From Folioceros fuciformis (taxonomy: Eukaryota): a DNA stretch of 38,311 nt. Position 1 is the first letter of the stretch, and each line of letters begins with the position of its first letter. Positions 1 through 11,200 of the stretch are shown one piece after another. The notes below the pieces were generated by a model that was given only the letters and a program-made list of their open reading frames with translations, ran no database searches and was not told the origin of the DNA. The stretch covers positions 1 through 38,311 of the forward strand of contig JBNGIO010005629.1 in the NCBI GenBank assembly GCA_049999805.1, read 5' to 3'. The position numbers were made by a program, and so were the translations under genes.

Positions 1-533
1 TTATATAATTTGTTCACTATGGAAGTTAGGGAAGGATGATGACGATTTCACATTCAAGAGAGTTTCCGGAATCTAGAAGATATGTAGAGAAGGGCAAGGT
101 CAAGGTTGCAAATAGTGCAACATATGCTTAGTGCACAAGAATGAGATATGAGAAGATTCCTAGCAACTTGCAATGCAGGATGAACAAGGGCCAATGTGGC
201 AAGGTGAGACAATAAAGATCAACTTATACAAAAAGTTTGTGGGTTACAAAGATTTGAGAAAATTTGTGCAAGAGATCAAATCAATCCTTGTAGATGGCTG
301 AAGAGATAAAATCATCGTTGAAGACGGCTTGGAACAGTCTTGTCGAAACTCAATGTTGTTTACGCTCTCGCTTGATGGATTGACATATAATGGAAAGCCT
401 ACAATATTGAGCAACGGGTCATAAGCTTTGTGACAATGTCGGTAAAGATCTTTAGTTACCTCCCGCTCTAATCAAGATGTTCTTTATTTATTTACATTTA
501 AATTACTGGTAAATAATTTTGTGTAAAATTTTA

Positions 534-2810
534 TCATGGTCGACCCTTACAACTGCAGCAACCAGCTGCAAATCGATGCACACGGTACCCATCCCTTACC
601 ACAATGTCTCTCTTTTCAACCCTTGACATGACCTCGGTGGAACTGTGACAGTCACTGCACATTCGTAAATTCTTCGTTACCACCAAAGGTGTGCCATTGG
701 GAGTGTTCAGCAGACCAAAGGCTAGAGCTAGCTTCTCGGCATGCCCACAAAGCACGTCTTCCTTTTCCCTTTCAGACAATTGCTTCAAAACCAACTTGGT
801 CTGAGGTACGTGGCCCCCTTTCTGCTTCAGACGTGAATTCATGCTCTCTACCTGGAGATCAAGATCATGTCTGTTTTCTCCCACTACGAATCTATGTACC
901 TGCTTCTCCACCTCAATGCCCGCTACTGCAGGTTTCTTGTTCGCTCCCGCTACCATTCTCTGTGTTTCAATCCTGTCCACATCGGCCCACCTACCTGCGT
1001 CGGCATACGCATTGGCCATGAGCACATACGCGGATGCACACTGAGGCTCCAGTCTCACGAGGCTTTCGAAACACCGCGTTGCCCTCTCCACATCACCATG
1101 ACTTTTGCATGCGTTCAGCAAGGACGTCAATGCCACAGCATTGTCTTGGCTTTCACTTGACAATAGCATGTTCTCTGCCTCATCCAAATGGCCTGCACGC
1201 CCAAGGAGATCAATCATACAATTGTAGTGCTCAACATTAGGTTGGATGCCGTGCCGTTCAACCATGGAATCAAAGTGCTTGCGACCCTCATTCACCAGTC
1301 CCCCACGACTGCACGCCCCTAAAAGGCACGTGAAAGTAGTATCATCAGGCTGGATACCAGCACCTATCATCTCCTCGAAACAAGCCAGAGCAGTGTGAGC
1401 TGCATCACAGCTACCACATCCTGCTATCAAGGCATTCCACGTCACCACATTCTTCTTGGCCAAGCTGTCGAAGACACGGCGTGCATCTTCCAGTTCACCA
1501 CACTTGGCATACATGTCCACCAGGCTGGTGCCTACAAGAATGTCACTCAGTTGTCCTCTTTCCACAATCTGTGAGTGCAGCTGCCTGCCCATCTGTAAAG
1601 CACCGCCGCTTGCACAGGCCTTCAGGAGGCAGGCAAAAGTGACACAGTTGCCCACAACAAGGCCCTCCTGCTCCATTTGTCCAAACACAAGAAGCGCCTC
1701 TTGGCCGAGCCCACGATTAGCATACCCAGCTATCAGGGCTGTCCAGGTTACCACATCCTTTTCGGCCAAGCTGTCAAACACCCTGCGTGCGTCTTGGAGT
1801 TCACCACATTTTGCATACATATCCACGAGGCAGTTGCCTACAAAAAGGTTAGGAGAAATGCCACTGTGCAGCAAATCAGAGTGCACCTTTCTGCCAGATT
1901 CCAAGTCCGCAGCAAATGCACAGGCTTGAAGCGCCGCTACAAACACGTGAGCATCCGCCTGCACACCTGAGCTGCGCATCTCATGATAAAGCTGGATGGC
2001 CTCGGTGGCTTTCCCGTGCTTGGCATTCGCGGAGATAATAGAAAACCACATAAAGGCATCCGGTTTTCCCACCCTGGTGAACACATCCATGGCCTCCTGC
2101 AGCCTCCCACCACATGCATACATGCGCAACACATGGTTCCCCAAGTACGTATCTGACTCATACCCAAGCTCCACAATGAGGTCATGAACTCGACGACCAG
2201 CATCAAGATCCTTCTTGGCTGCGCACAGTTTGAGCACACCGTACAAGAGAGACTGCGAAATGAGACAGTCCTTCCGCACGAGACATTCCAACGCTTCAAG
2301 GGCCTCGGCAAGCTTCCCCTGCTGACATAACGTGCTCACGCTCACAGCCGTGACGATGCCCGTTGCCGATCCCGCATGCCTGCCAGGCCCGGAAACACCC
2401 CGGGGCCTGGAATTGGAAGGCGAGGTACTACGACCCACATTCAGATCCAAAGACAAGAGCTGTTCATCCACCCAAGCTGGTTTCAACAAATTGTGCAACC
2501 AAAGGACCTCACCGGAACCCTTTCGCCGGAAGTGAGGCGAACGAGAGCTCTTCTCACCTCGCCTGTTATCCCACCACATGGCAGGGTCAAGAAAAAATTG
2601 TCGCCACAAGAGCTCCTGCTCGTGGCGACCACCATCGCTGGAAAATCTGTTCCCAGCCATCCATTTCGTGGGAACCGGTGGCTGCCTTACCCCGCTGCAC
2701 CTGATTGCAACGTTGTTCGCCAGCGCTTCACAGTCTGAGGTGATGGCATCGGGAGCTCCTCGTGACAGCCTTGAACACCCAACAAAATCCGGTTGCCACG
2801 CTGTGGCCAT
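534..2810 (-). CDS. PLS-class PPR protein with N-terminal PDF-like motif and C-terminal E1-E2-DYW:KP (GRP-type) domain; candidate organellar U-to-C editing factor (short array)
   Basis: Uninterrupted 758-aa ORF. P (VVTWxALI), L (TFACLLKAC) and S (LVDMYAKCG) motifs are followed by P2-L2-S2, E1/E2 and KPAVAGIEV...HAEKLA...CSDCH...CSCKGRP*. Confidence 0.93.
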   Translation of the reverse strand: MATAWQPDFVGCSRLSRGAPDAITSDCEALANNVAIRCSGVRQPPVPTKWMAGNRFSSDGGRHEQELLWRQFFLDPAMWWDNRRGEKSSRSPHFRRKGSGEVLWLHNLLKPAWVDEQLLSLDLNVGRSTSPSNSRPRGVSGPGRHAGSATGIVTAVSVSTLCQQGKLAEALEALECLVRKDCLISQSLLYGVLKLCAAKKDLDAGRRVHDLIVELGYESDTYLGNHVLRMYACGGRLQEAMDVFTRVGKPDAFMWFSIISANAKHGKATEAIQLYHEMRSSGVQADAHVFVAALQACAFAADLESGRKVHSDLLHSGISPNLFVGNCLVDMYAKCGELQDARRVFDSLAEKDVVTWTALIAGYANRGLGQEALLVFGQMEQEGLVVGNCVTFACLLKACASGGALQMGRQLHSQIVERGQLSDILVGTSLVDMYAKCGELEDARRVFDSLAKKNVVTWNALIAGCGSCDAAHTALACFEEMIGAGIQPDDTTFTCLLGACSRGGLVNEGRKHFDSMVERHGIQPNVEHYNCMIDLLGRAGHLDEAENMLLSSESQDNAVALTSLLNACKSHGDVERATRCFESLVRLEPQCASAYVLMANAYADAGRWADVDRIETQRMVAGANKKPAVAGIEVEKQVHRFVVGENRHDLDLQVESMNSRLKQKGGHVPQTKLVLKQLSEREKEDVLCGHAEKLALAFGLLNTPNGTPLVVTKNLRMCSDCHSSTEVMSRVEKRDIVVRDGYRVHRFAAGCCSCKGRP
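2457..2615 (-). other. PDF-like (OSB-type ssDNA-binding) motif, copy in gene 534-2810
   Basis: ELLWRQFFLDPAMWWDNRRGEKSSRSPHFRRKGSGEVLWLHNLLKPAWVDEQL; PDF is changed to PHF. Confidence 0.8.
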
Positions 2811-3344
2811 CCCACAGGCTCGTGTTTCGGAAATTGAGACCCACAGTAAGCGCTACGCACGGGGTGGCAAGACGCCAAGCACGCTTCTAGAAAGCGCCGT
2901 GCGTGGGCAAGTACTATGCTCTTTCTCCTGCCATATACACCAGGCCAGGTACCTGACAAGGGACAAGCTGTTTTGCTCTTTTCCCCACTTTCTGGAGCCT
3001 ACATAAAACTCCGCATTATTTTGTTGATATAAGGAATACTTAATATAATAAACAAATATGATAACTCGACATATGTACTTGACAAGAAGTTCCTATACTA
3101 CAGCACTGCATATGCAAGAACCAACAGAGGGTTAGAAGTCGCGTCATAGACTGGTGTGGGCTAACGATGCTTGGCTACGAGTGATGGACAAAGCCAGAGT
3201 GATCAGTGCATGTACAAAGTTTTCCCCCAGTGCGCGATCAGTGCACCGGGGGTTCCAAGGTGTGCACCCATCGCTTCAAACGGGGCCAAAAACTTGCTCA
3301 TCCCCTCCCCTTCCCTCGTCCAGAAGTTGCGGCCATTATCGCCT

Positions 3345-6300
3345 TCAGTTTGCAGAGTTGGATTGACTTCCAACCATAAAACTGTGCACCAGGCCGTCCA
3401 TGTCGGTCCACCAGCACTGGCCTGGCTGCTTCCATGACCCTATTTCTTTCCGTCTCGCTTGAATCTCCTTTGCCTGCTCCCACATTTGGGCACTCGCGTA
3501 TATGTTGGACATCAGCACATAAGCTGCGGCATCGTTCTTGTTCAGCTTAACTGCTTCTTCGAAAGCGTGACGGCCCACCTCCACGCTCTTCCATTTTCCA
3601 CAAGCACTAAGTAGAGTGCGCCAAAGTGTGTCCTGAGGCTGCACAGGCATAGCCCTGACAAGCGCTAGAGCCTGGTCAAGTTGGCCTGAGCGACCTAGGA
3701 GGTCCACCATGCATGAGTAGTGCTCTGCACTGGGACTGATGCTGTAATCTCTGCTCATAGCCTCAAAGTACTCTTGCCCTGTGTTCACGAGGCCTGCATG
3801 ACTGCAGACGGTTAGCACACTGAGAAATGTGATACCATCTGGATGTATGCCATGTTCTCTCATTCGGCGGACCAAGTCCAAGACCAACGCACAGTCTCCT
3901 TGACGGGTGTATCCTGCTAAAAGCGCATTCCAGGCAACGATGTGCTTTCTGGGCAATGCTTCAAACACCTGCTGAGCCTCATCGACGCTCCCCGCCTTTG
4001 CGTACATGTCAATCAAACTGATGGCTACCGACGAATTGTTCTCAAGCCCCAGTTGTTTGATCTTCACATGAAGATCCCTGCCCAGGTGCAAGGCTCCGAC
4101 AATCGCACACGCTTGCAGGAGGCACACAAATGTCACAACATCCAGAGTGACGATTTCTTCGCGCATAGCTGTGTAAAGCTCAAGGGCTTCCGTGGCCTTG
4201 CCCTGCTCAGAATATCCTGCTATCATCACATTCCACGTAACTACATCTTTCACACCGAGTCCATCAAACACACTGCGAGCATCCTCTAGGCTGCCACACT
4301 TTGCATACATGTTTATCAGATTGTTGCCAACAGTCACATGGGCCTGGAGACCTTGTTCTTCAATCTGAACATGAAGCCGTTTCCCTTTCTCTAGGGCTTC
4401 GAAACCCACGCTTGCACATGCCTGCAGGAGACAGACATATGTTGCAGAGTTAGGTGTGGTCACACCTCCTTCTTGCATTGCAGTGTACAGACGGAGAGCT
4501 TCCTCACCCATGCCCTGTTGGGAATATCCTGATATCAGGGCTGTCCACGTCACCACCTCTTTTTGAGTCAATCCATAAAACACGTTCTGGGCGTCCTGTA
4601 AGCTGCCGCATTTGGCGTACATGTCTATCAAACTGTTGGCTACAAATATATCAAGTTGCCGGCCCTGTTCTTGAATTTGTCCATGAAGCTGCTTCCCCGT
4701 CTCCAACCCCAATTCACCCATGCTGGCACAGGCCTGCAGTAGGCACGCAAATGTCACGGAATCGGGTGGAACAAGCCCTTCATCTTGCATGGCACTGTAA
4801 AGATGGAGGGCTTCCTGAGCCATGCCTTCTTCGGCGTATCCAGCTATCAGAGAGGTCCATGTCACCACATCTTTTTGTGAAATCTGGTCGAAGATGCTCT
4901 GCGCATGCCGTAGGCTGCCACACCTTGCATACATGTTTATCAAACTATTGGCTACAGATACATTGCCTTGAAAGCCCTGTCGGACAATCTGAGCATGGAG
5001 TTGCTTACCAATGTCTAGAGCCATGGCACCCACACTTGCACATGCCTTCAGGAGGCACAGGAATGCCACTGAATTCAGTGGCTCGATGCCTTCGGCTTGA
5101 ATGGCACTGTAAAGATCGAGGGCCTCCTGACCCCTGCCCTGCTGGGAATATCCTGCTACCAAAGTGGTCCAGGTCACCACATCTTTTCGAGGCAGATTGT
5201 TAAACACAGTCTGTGCAAGCTGTAGGCTGCCACACTTCATGTACATGTTTATCAAGCTGTTGGCAACAAACACATCATCTTGAAGCCCTTGCTCTTCAAT
5301 CTCAGCATGGAGCTGCTTTCCCATCTCAATAGCTATGACACCTAAACTTGCACATGCCTGCAAGAGGCACACAAACGTTACAGAATTGGGTAGAAGGATG
5401 CCTTCGTCTCTCATAGCACCGTAAAGATGAAGAGCTTCATCACCCATGTCTTGCTGGGAGTATCCTGCAATCATGGCATTCCATGTGACAACATCCTTTT
5501 GATGTAGCCCATCAAAAACAACCTGGGCATCCTCTAGGCTGCTACATTTCACATACATATTAATCAGACTGTTGCATAGAATTACATCTGACTGGAGGCC
5601 CTGCTTTTCAATCTGTGCATGGATCTGCTTACCCCTCTCTATGGCCTCGGCACCAACACTCGCACATGCCAGCAGGAGGCAAACAAATGTCACAGAATTG
5701 GGTGCAGAAATGCCTTCTTCTACCATACCACTGTAAAGATGAAGAGCTTCCTGACCCATGCCGTGCTGGGAATATCCTGCTATCAAAGAGGTCCAGGTCA
5801 CCACGTCTTTCTGTGGACGCCTGTCAAACACGCTCCGGGCATCCTCAAGGCTGCCACACTTCACATACATGTTTATTAAATTGTTGCCTACAAGCAACTC
5901 GTTCTGAAGGCCTTCTTCTTCGATCTGTGAATGAAGCAGCTTCCCCTGGGCCAAAGCAGGGTTACCAACACCTCCACATGCCTGCAGTGCGCAATTAAAT
6001 GTCACAGAATCAGGTGGTGTGACCCCTTCTTCTCGCATACAACTATAGAGACGAAGGGCTTCGTGATTCTTGCCGTGCTGGAAATATCCCGCTATCATGG
6101 CATTCCACGTCACCACATCTTTGTGACGAAGTCTGTCAAACACCCCCTGAGCGTCTTCTAAGCTGCCACACTTTGCATACATGTCTATCAAGCAGTTAGA
6201 TACAAACAAATGAGGTTCAACACCACACGCCAACACATCAGCATGCACCTGCTGCCCCGATTCCAAATCTGCTCCCCTTGCACAAGCCTGCAGAGCCGCT

Positions 6301-7016
6301 ACAAACACATGCCCATCTGCCTTCACAGATGAACTACGCATGTCATGATATAATTGTATGGCCTCTATCACTTGTCCATGTTGAACATGCGCTGAGATAA
6401 TAGAGGACCACATAAAGGCATCTGGTTGGACAACCATGGTGAACACATCCATCGCTTCCTTCAACCGTGCATGAGAGGCATACATTCGCAGGATGTGGTT
6501 GTTCAGGAACGTGTCCGACTCATACCCCGCTTCCAGTATGAGAGCATGAACACGACGACCCAGAGCCGAATGCTTCTTAACCCGGCAGGTTTTGAGAACA
6601 GTGTAGAAGAGGGACCTGGAAACAGAAAACTCGGCATGTACCAGGGTGCCTAGGGCCCTCACGGCGTCAATAAGCTCACCCTCCTGACACAGTCTGTACA
6701 CGGTTTGACCTGTTATGCCATTTTCGTATCCTGCAGTCCCCGGAGGTTCACTTGCATTCGACAAACTCATTTCCCTCACTCGAAACTCGGAGACATGGGA
6801 CCAACTATTCAAACAGAGGGACTGGTCTGGGACAGACCGTCGCCACAAGAGTTCCCCCTCGCTGGAAGGCCCTTCTCCTTCTTTTCTTCCCCTGGATCGA
6901 TCCTGCTCCGCCATCATGGGACACCTTGCAGTCAGGCTAGGGGCCACGCTTCCTGTCATCATGCAGTTTGGTCTTTGGCCTGCGTGCCAATGAAATCCAA
7001 CTCTCCGGACAAGCAT
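3345..7016 (-). CDS. Long PLS-class PPR protein ending in E1-E2 plus a truncated WW-type PG box (no deaminase core); probable C-to-U editing specificity factor
   Basis: 1223-aa ORF with about 7 internal ~104-aa P-L-S triplets, P2-L2-S2 and E motifs. It ends KQPGQCWWTDMDGLVHSFMVGSQSNSAN* with no HxE or CxxC. The start codon is uncertain (several Met near the N-terminus). Confidence 0.9.
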   Translation of the reverse strand: MLVRRVGFHWHAGQRPNCMMTGSVAPSLTARCPMMAEQDRSRGRKEGEGPSSEGELLWRRSVPDQSLCLNSWSHVSEFRVREMSLSNASEPPGTAGYENGITGQTVYRLCQEGELIDAVRALGTLVHAEFSVSRSLFYTVLKTCRVKKHSALGRRVHALILEAGYESDTFLNNHILRMYASHARLKEAMDVFTMVVQPDAFMWSSIISAHVQHGQVIEAIQLYHDMRSSSVKADGHVFVAALQACARGADLESGQQVHADVLACGVEPHLFVSNCLIDMYAKCGSLEDAQGVFDRLRHKDVVTWNAMIAGYFQHGKNHEALRLYSCMREEGVTPPDSVTFNCALQACGGVGNPALAQGKLLHSQIEEEGLQNELLVGNNLINMYVKCGSLEDARSVFDRRPQKDVVTWTSLIAGYSQHGMGQEALHLYSGMVEEGISAPNSVTFVCLLLACASVGAEAIERGKQIHAQIEKQGLQSDVILCNSLINMYVKCSSLEDAQVVFDGLHQKDVVTWNAMIAGYSQQDMGDEALHLYGAMRDEGILLPNSVTFVCLLQACASLGVIAIEMGKQLHAEIEEQGLQDDVFVANSLINMYMKCGSLQLAQTVFNNLPRKDVVTWTTLVAGYSQQGRGQEALDLYSAIQAEGIEPLNSVAFLCLLKACASVGAMALDIGKQLHAQIVRQGFQGNVSVANSLINMYARCGSLRHAQSIFDQISQKDVVTWTSLIAGYAEEGMAQEALHLYSAMQDEGLVPPDSVTFACLLQACASMGELGLETGKQLHGQIQEQGRQLDIFVANSLIDMYAKCGSLQDAQNVFYGLTQKEVVTWTALISGYSQQGMGEEALRLYTAMQEGGVTTPNSATYVCLLQACASVGFEALEKGKRLHVQIEEQGLQAHVTVGNNLINMYAKCGSLEDARSVFDGLGVKDVVTWNVMIAGYSEQGKATEALELYTAMREEIVTLDVVTFVCLLQACAIVGALHLGRDLHVKIKQLGLENNSSVAISLIDMYAKAGSVDEAQQVFEALPRKHIVAWNALLAGYTRQGDCALVLDLVRRMREHGIHPDGITFLSVLTVCSHAGLVNTGQEYFEAMSRDYSISPSAEHYSCMVDLLGRSGQLDQALALVRAMPVQPQDTLWRTLLSACGKWKSVEVGRHAFEEAVKLNKNDAAAYVLMSNIYASAQMWEQAKEIQARRKEIGSWKQPGQCWWTDMDGLVHSFMVGSQSNSAN

Positions 7017-8247
7017 CGTATAGACGCATCGCGTTCGCTGAGCTTGTATTCAGGAATTCAGCAGACTCCAACAATGGGAGCATGGAATCGTACGCTTCCG
7101 CTCCCGATGTTCTATCCCTCTTCACATCCTTGCAAGCCTATCGCCAGCCGCTAAGCTCAGAGTGCGTGAAGGTCAAGGTCCCCTTCTCACTACAGTTTGG
7201 AATGAGCAGGGAAAGAACCAGACGAGGTGAAGGCTACATGACTCACGATTGAAAGCAAAATCACGACCGGCAATGTCAAGGATTTCCTTACTTGAACCAA
7301 ACAGACTCGTCCCGCATAGCTGTTGGAGGCCATCCCTACGTCTCTAGGAACACAATCTGTCGACTTGGGCTCCTCGGTTCTCTTCGACGATCGTAGCTCC
7401 TTGGAAATAAGAGTAGCAAACGTTCCGACCTCCCTCTCCAGTCACACGGATTCGTCAGTGGAGTCCTCCGTCTGTCGGAATATGGCACCTGGCTGTTCCC
7501 AAGCCGGGCGAAAGCATAGCCACACTGCAATGGTCACGCACTACTCTTGCCAAGATCCAAATTAACGGGTTGTTCGGGATTAATCAATCATAATCTAGTT
7601 GATGCACCACCTGATGCGCTTTACGGGGCATGGAGATGCTCTCCAAGGGGTTCCACCTGAGAGCAATGCTATTGAATGCGAGTGTGCAATGTGAGGTATC
7701 CTGCCTGATGGTGTTCTATTCCTGTGCCCCCTTCGACCATGTGCCAGTGCTGGATAAGCTTCGGCAGGTCAGGAAGCTTCATTCCCTTGTTGTGGAAGCT
7801 TCATTCCCTTGTTCAGGAAGCAGGCTTGAAGGTGATCAGCTGATCGCATGTAGGTGAGAGTTAGATCAGCTTCAGCAGAGCAGGAGGCATCATTTCCAAA
7901 TTCAGGAGGCAGACCTGACCAGCTGATGGCAAGCAGGGTGAGGGTTCGATCAGCTTCAGAGGGGTAGGAAATCACATTCGCATGTTCCGGAAACAAGCCT
8001 CGAAGCTGATGACTAACGAATGGCAAGGTGGATGAGGATAGGTGCACCAGTTACTTGCATGTGCGTCGTCCATGAAGGATGGTAATGTCGCAAATAGCAA
8101 GTGCCTACCCAGGTGAGCCATCTCAACAAGGGTAGTATCAAGCAGGGGAGCGGATTCAAGTTCATATGAGCTGCTTACCACAGTCGTCGTTACGAACAAA
8201 CACCTTCTTGTTTAACCAGCTGTTGGGCAGAGGCTACGCCACTTTTC

Positions 8248-11200
8248 TCACGGTCGACCCTTACAACTGCAACACCCAGCTGCAAATCGATGCACACGGT
8301 ACCCATCCCTTACGACAATGTCTCTCTTTTCAACCCTTGACATAATCTCCGTGGAACTGTGGCAGTCACTGCACATCCGTAGATTCTTCGTTACGACCAG
8401 GGGGGTGCCACTTAGAGTGTTCAAGAGACCAAACGCCAGAGCCAGCTTCTCAGCATGCCCACAAAGCACATCTTCCTTTTCCTTCTCAGACAGTGGCCGC
8501 AACACCAACTGGGTGTGTGGTACATGGCCTCCTTCCTGCTTCAGACGTGCATTTACGGTCTCAACCTTGAACGCAATATGTTCCCTGTTTTCCCCCACAA
8601 CAAACGTATGTACCTGCTCTTGCACCTCAATGCCCGCCACCGCGGGCTTCTTATTAGCTCCTGCTACCTTTCTCTGGGTATCAATCCTGTCTACATCGGC
8701 CCACCTACCTGCGTCTGCATAGGCGTTGGCCATGAGCACATATGCCGATGCACCCTGAGGCTCCAGTCTGACGAGACTTTCAAAACACCGCCTCGCCCTC
8801 TCTATATCCCCGTGTGTCTTGCAGGCATGCAGCAACGAAGTTAAACCCACAACATTGCTTCGGCTCTCACTTGATTCCAGCATGTGCTCTGCCTGATCTA
8901 AATGGCCAGCACGCCCAAGAAGATCAATCATGCAATTGTAATGCTCAACTGTCGGCTTGATGCCATGTTGATCAACCATGGAATCAAAGTGCTTGAGACC
9001 CTCGGTCACCATTCCCGCATGACTGCATGCTACCAGAAGGCAGGTAAAAGTAGCATCATCAGGCGAAATACCAGCGCCTAACATCTCCTCAAAACAAGCT
9101 AGTGCGCTGTGACCTTCGTCACAGTTACCACACCCTGCGATCAGCGCATTCCACGTCACCACATCCTTTGCGGCCAAGCTATCAAAGACGCTGCGTGCAG
9201 ATGGCAGGTCGCCACATTTTGCATACATGTCGACTAGGCAGTTGCCCACAAGTATGCTACCGAGCTGTCCTCTTTCCACAATCTGCGAGTGTAGCTGCCT
9301 ACCCTTCTGCAAGGCACCAACGCTTGCACAGGACTTCAGAAGGCAAGCAAACGTAACATGGTCAGCCAAAACCAGGCCCTCCTGCTCCATTTCTCCATAC
9401 AGAACAAGCGCCTCTTGGCCGAGCCCTTGCTGAGCATATCCAGCGATCAGGGCATTCCATGTGACCACATTTTTGGTCAGCAAGCTGTCGAAAACCAAGC
9501 GTGCATCTTCGAGTTCGCCAAACTTTGCATACATGTCCACCAAGGAAGTGCCCACAAGTAGGTTCCCAAGGTGTCCTCTTTCCACAATCTGAGAGTGCAG
9601 CTGCCTACCCTTCTGTAGAGCATCAGAGCTTGCACAAGCCTTCAGCAGGTAAGTGAAAGTGACATGGTCAGCCACAATCAGTCCCTCCTGCTCCATTTGT
9701 CCATACAAGACAAGCGCCTCCTGACCTGGCCCGTGGTTTGCATACCCACCAATCAGGGCATTCCATGTGACCAAATTTTTTGTGGCCAAACTGTCAAAAA
9801 CCCTGCGTGCATCTTCCAGTTCGCCACATTTTGCATACATGTCCACCAGACAAGTGCCCACAAGTATCTGCTCTACATGGGCTGTTTCAACAATCTGTGA
9901 GTGCAGCTTCCTGCCCCTATGTAAGTCACCAATGCTTGCACAGGCCTTCAGAAGGCAAGCGAAAGTAACCTCGTCAGCCACAACCAGTCCCTCCTGCTCC
10001 ATTTGTTCGTACAAAGCAAGTGCTTGTTGACCAAGCCCGTGATCGGCATAGCCAGCAATAAGGGAATTCCAGGTCACCACATTTTTTGTGGCCAAGCTGT
10101 GAAAAACCTGGCTTGCATCTTCCATTTCTCCAAACTTTGCATACATGTCCACAAGGGAAGTGCCCACAAGTATGTTCTCTAGCTGTCCTCTTTCCACAAT
10201 CTGAGAGTGCAGCTGCCTGCCCTTCTGTAGGGCGCCCGCGCTTGCACAGGCTTTCAGAAGGCAAGCAAAAGTGACATGGTCTGCCACAATCAAGCCCTCC
10301 TGCTCCATTTGTCCGTACAGAACAAGGGCCTCTTGACCGAGCCCGTGATTGGCATACCCACCTATCAGGGCCGTCCATGTCACCAGATTTTTTATCGCCA
10401 TGTTGTCGAAAACCCTGCGTGCATCTTCCAGTTCGCNNNNNNNNNNNNNNNNNNNNNNNNNNNNNNNNNNNNNNNNNNNNNNNNNNNNNNNNNNNNNNNN
10501 NNNNNNNNNNNNNNNNNNNNNNNNNNNNNNNNNNNNCAGTTACCCACCAGTATATTGTTTAGCTGTCCTCGTTCCACAATCTGCGAATGCAGCTCCCTGC
10601 CCCTCTGTAGATCAGCAGTGCTTGCACAGGCTTTCAGAAGGCAAGCAAAAGTAACATGGTTACCCACAACCAGGCCCTCCCACTCCATTTGTCTATACAA
10701 AGTAAGTGCTCGCTGGCTGAGCCCATGGATAGCATACCCATCAATCAGCGCCGTCCATGTCACCACATCCTTTGTGGTCAAGCTGTCAAAAACCGTGCGT
10801 GCAGCGTCCAGATCGCCACATTTTGCGTACATGTCCACGAGGCAGTTGCCGACAAATAAGTTAGGGGGAATGCCACTCCGCAGAACATCACTATGCACAT
10901 TTCTGCCAGATTGCAAGTCCGCAGCAAACGCACAGGCTTGAAGGGCAGCTACGAAGACGTGACCATTCGCCTTTACACCCGAGGTACGCATCTTGTGGTA
11001 CAGTTGGATGGCCTCTTCCGGCTTCCCATGTTTAGCATGTGCAGAGATAATAGAAAACCACATGAAACAATCTGGCTTACCCACCCGGTTGAACACATCC
11101 ATGGCCTCCTGTAGCCTACCTCCACGTGCATACATGCGCAAGATATGGTTCCCCAAGTATGTGTTTGACTCGTACCCGAGTTTGACAGTGAGGTCGTGAA

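Noticed and set aside
1-530. Possible degraded transposon fragment (minus-strand HKAYDPLL faintly recalls a Helitron motif)
   Set aside because: Too short, with no sustained reading frame or second motif.
7250-8240. Short ORFs and a 22-bp duplication between PPR genes (similarly 11900-12610 and 19980-20860)
   Set aside because: No supportable homology; treated as intergenic or UTR sequence.
8248-10401. Separate 717-aa and 486-aa genes, or a frameshifted pseudogene
   Set aside because: The frame change falls in a 100-N placeholder gap, and both sides belong to an S motif.
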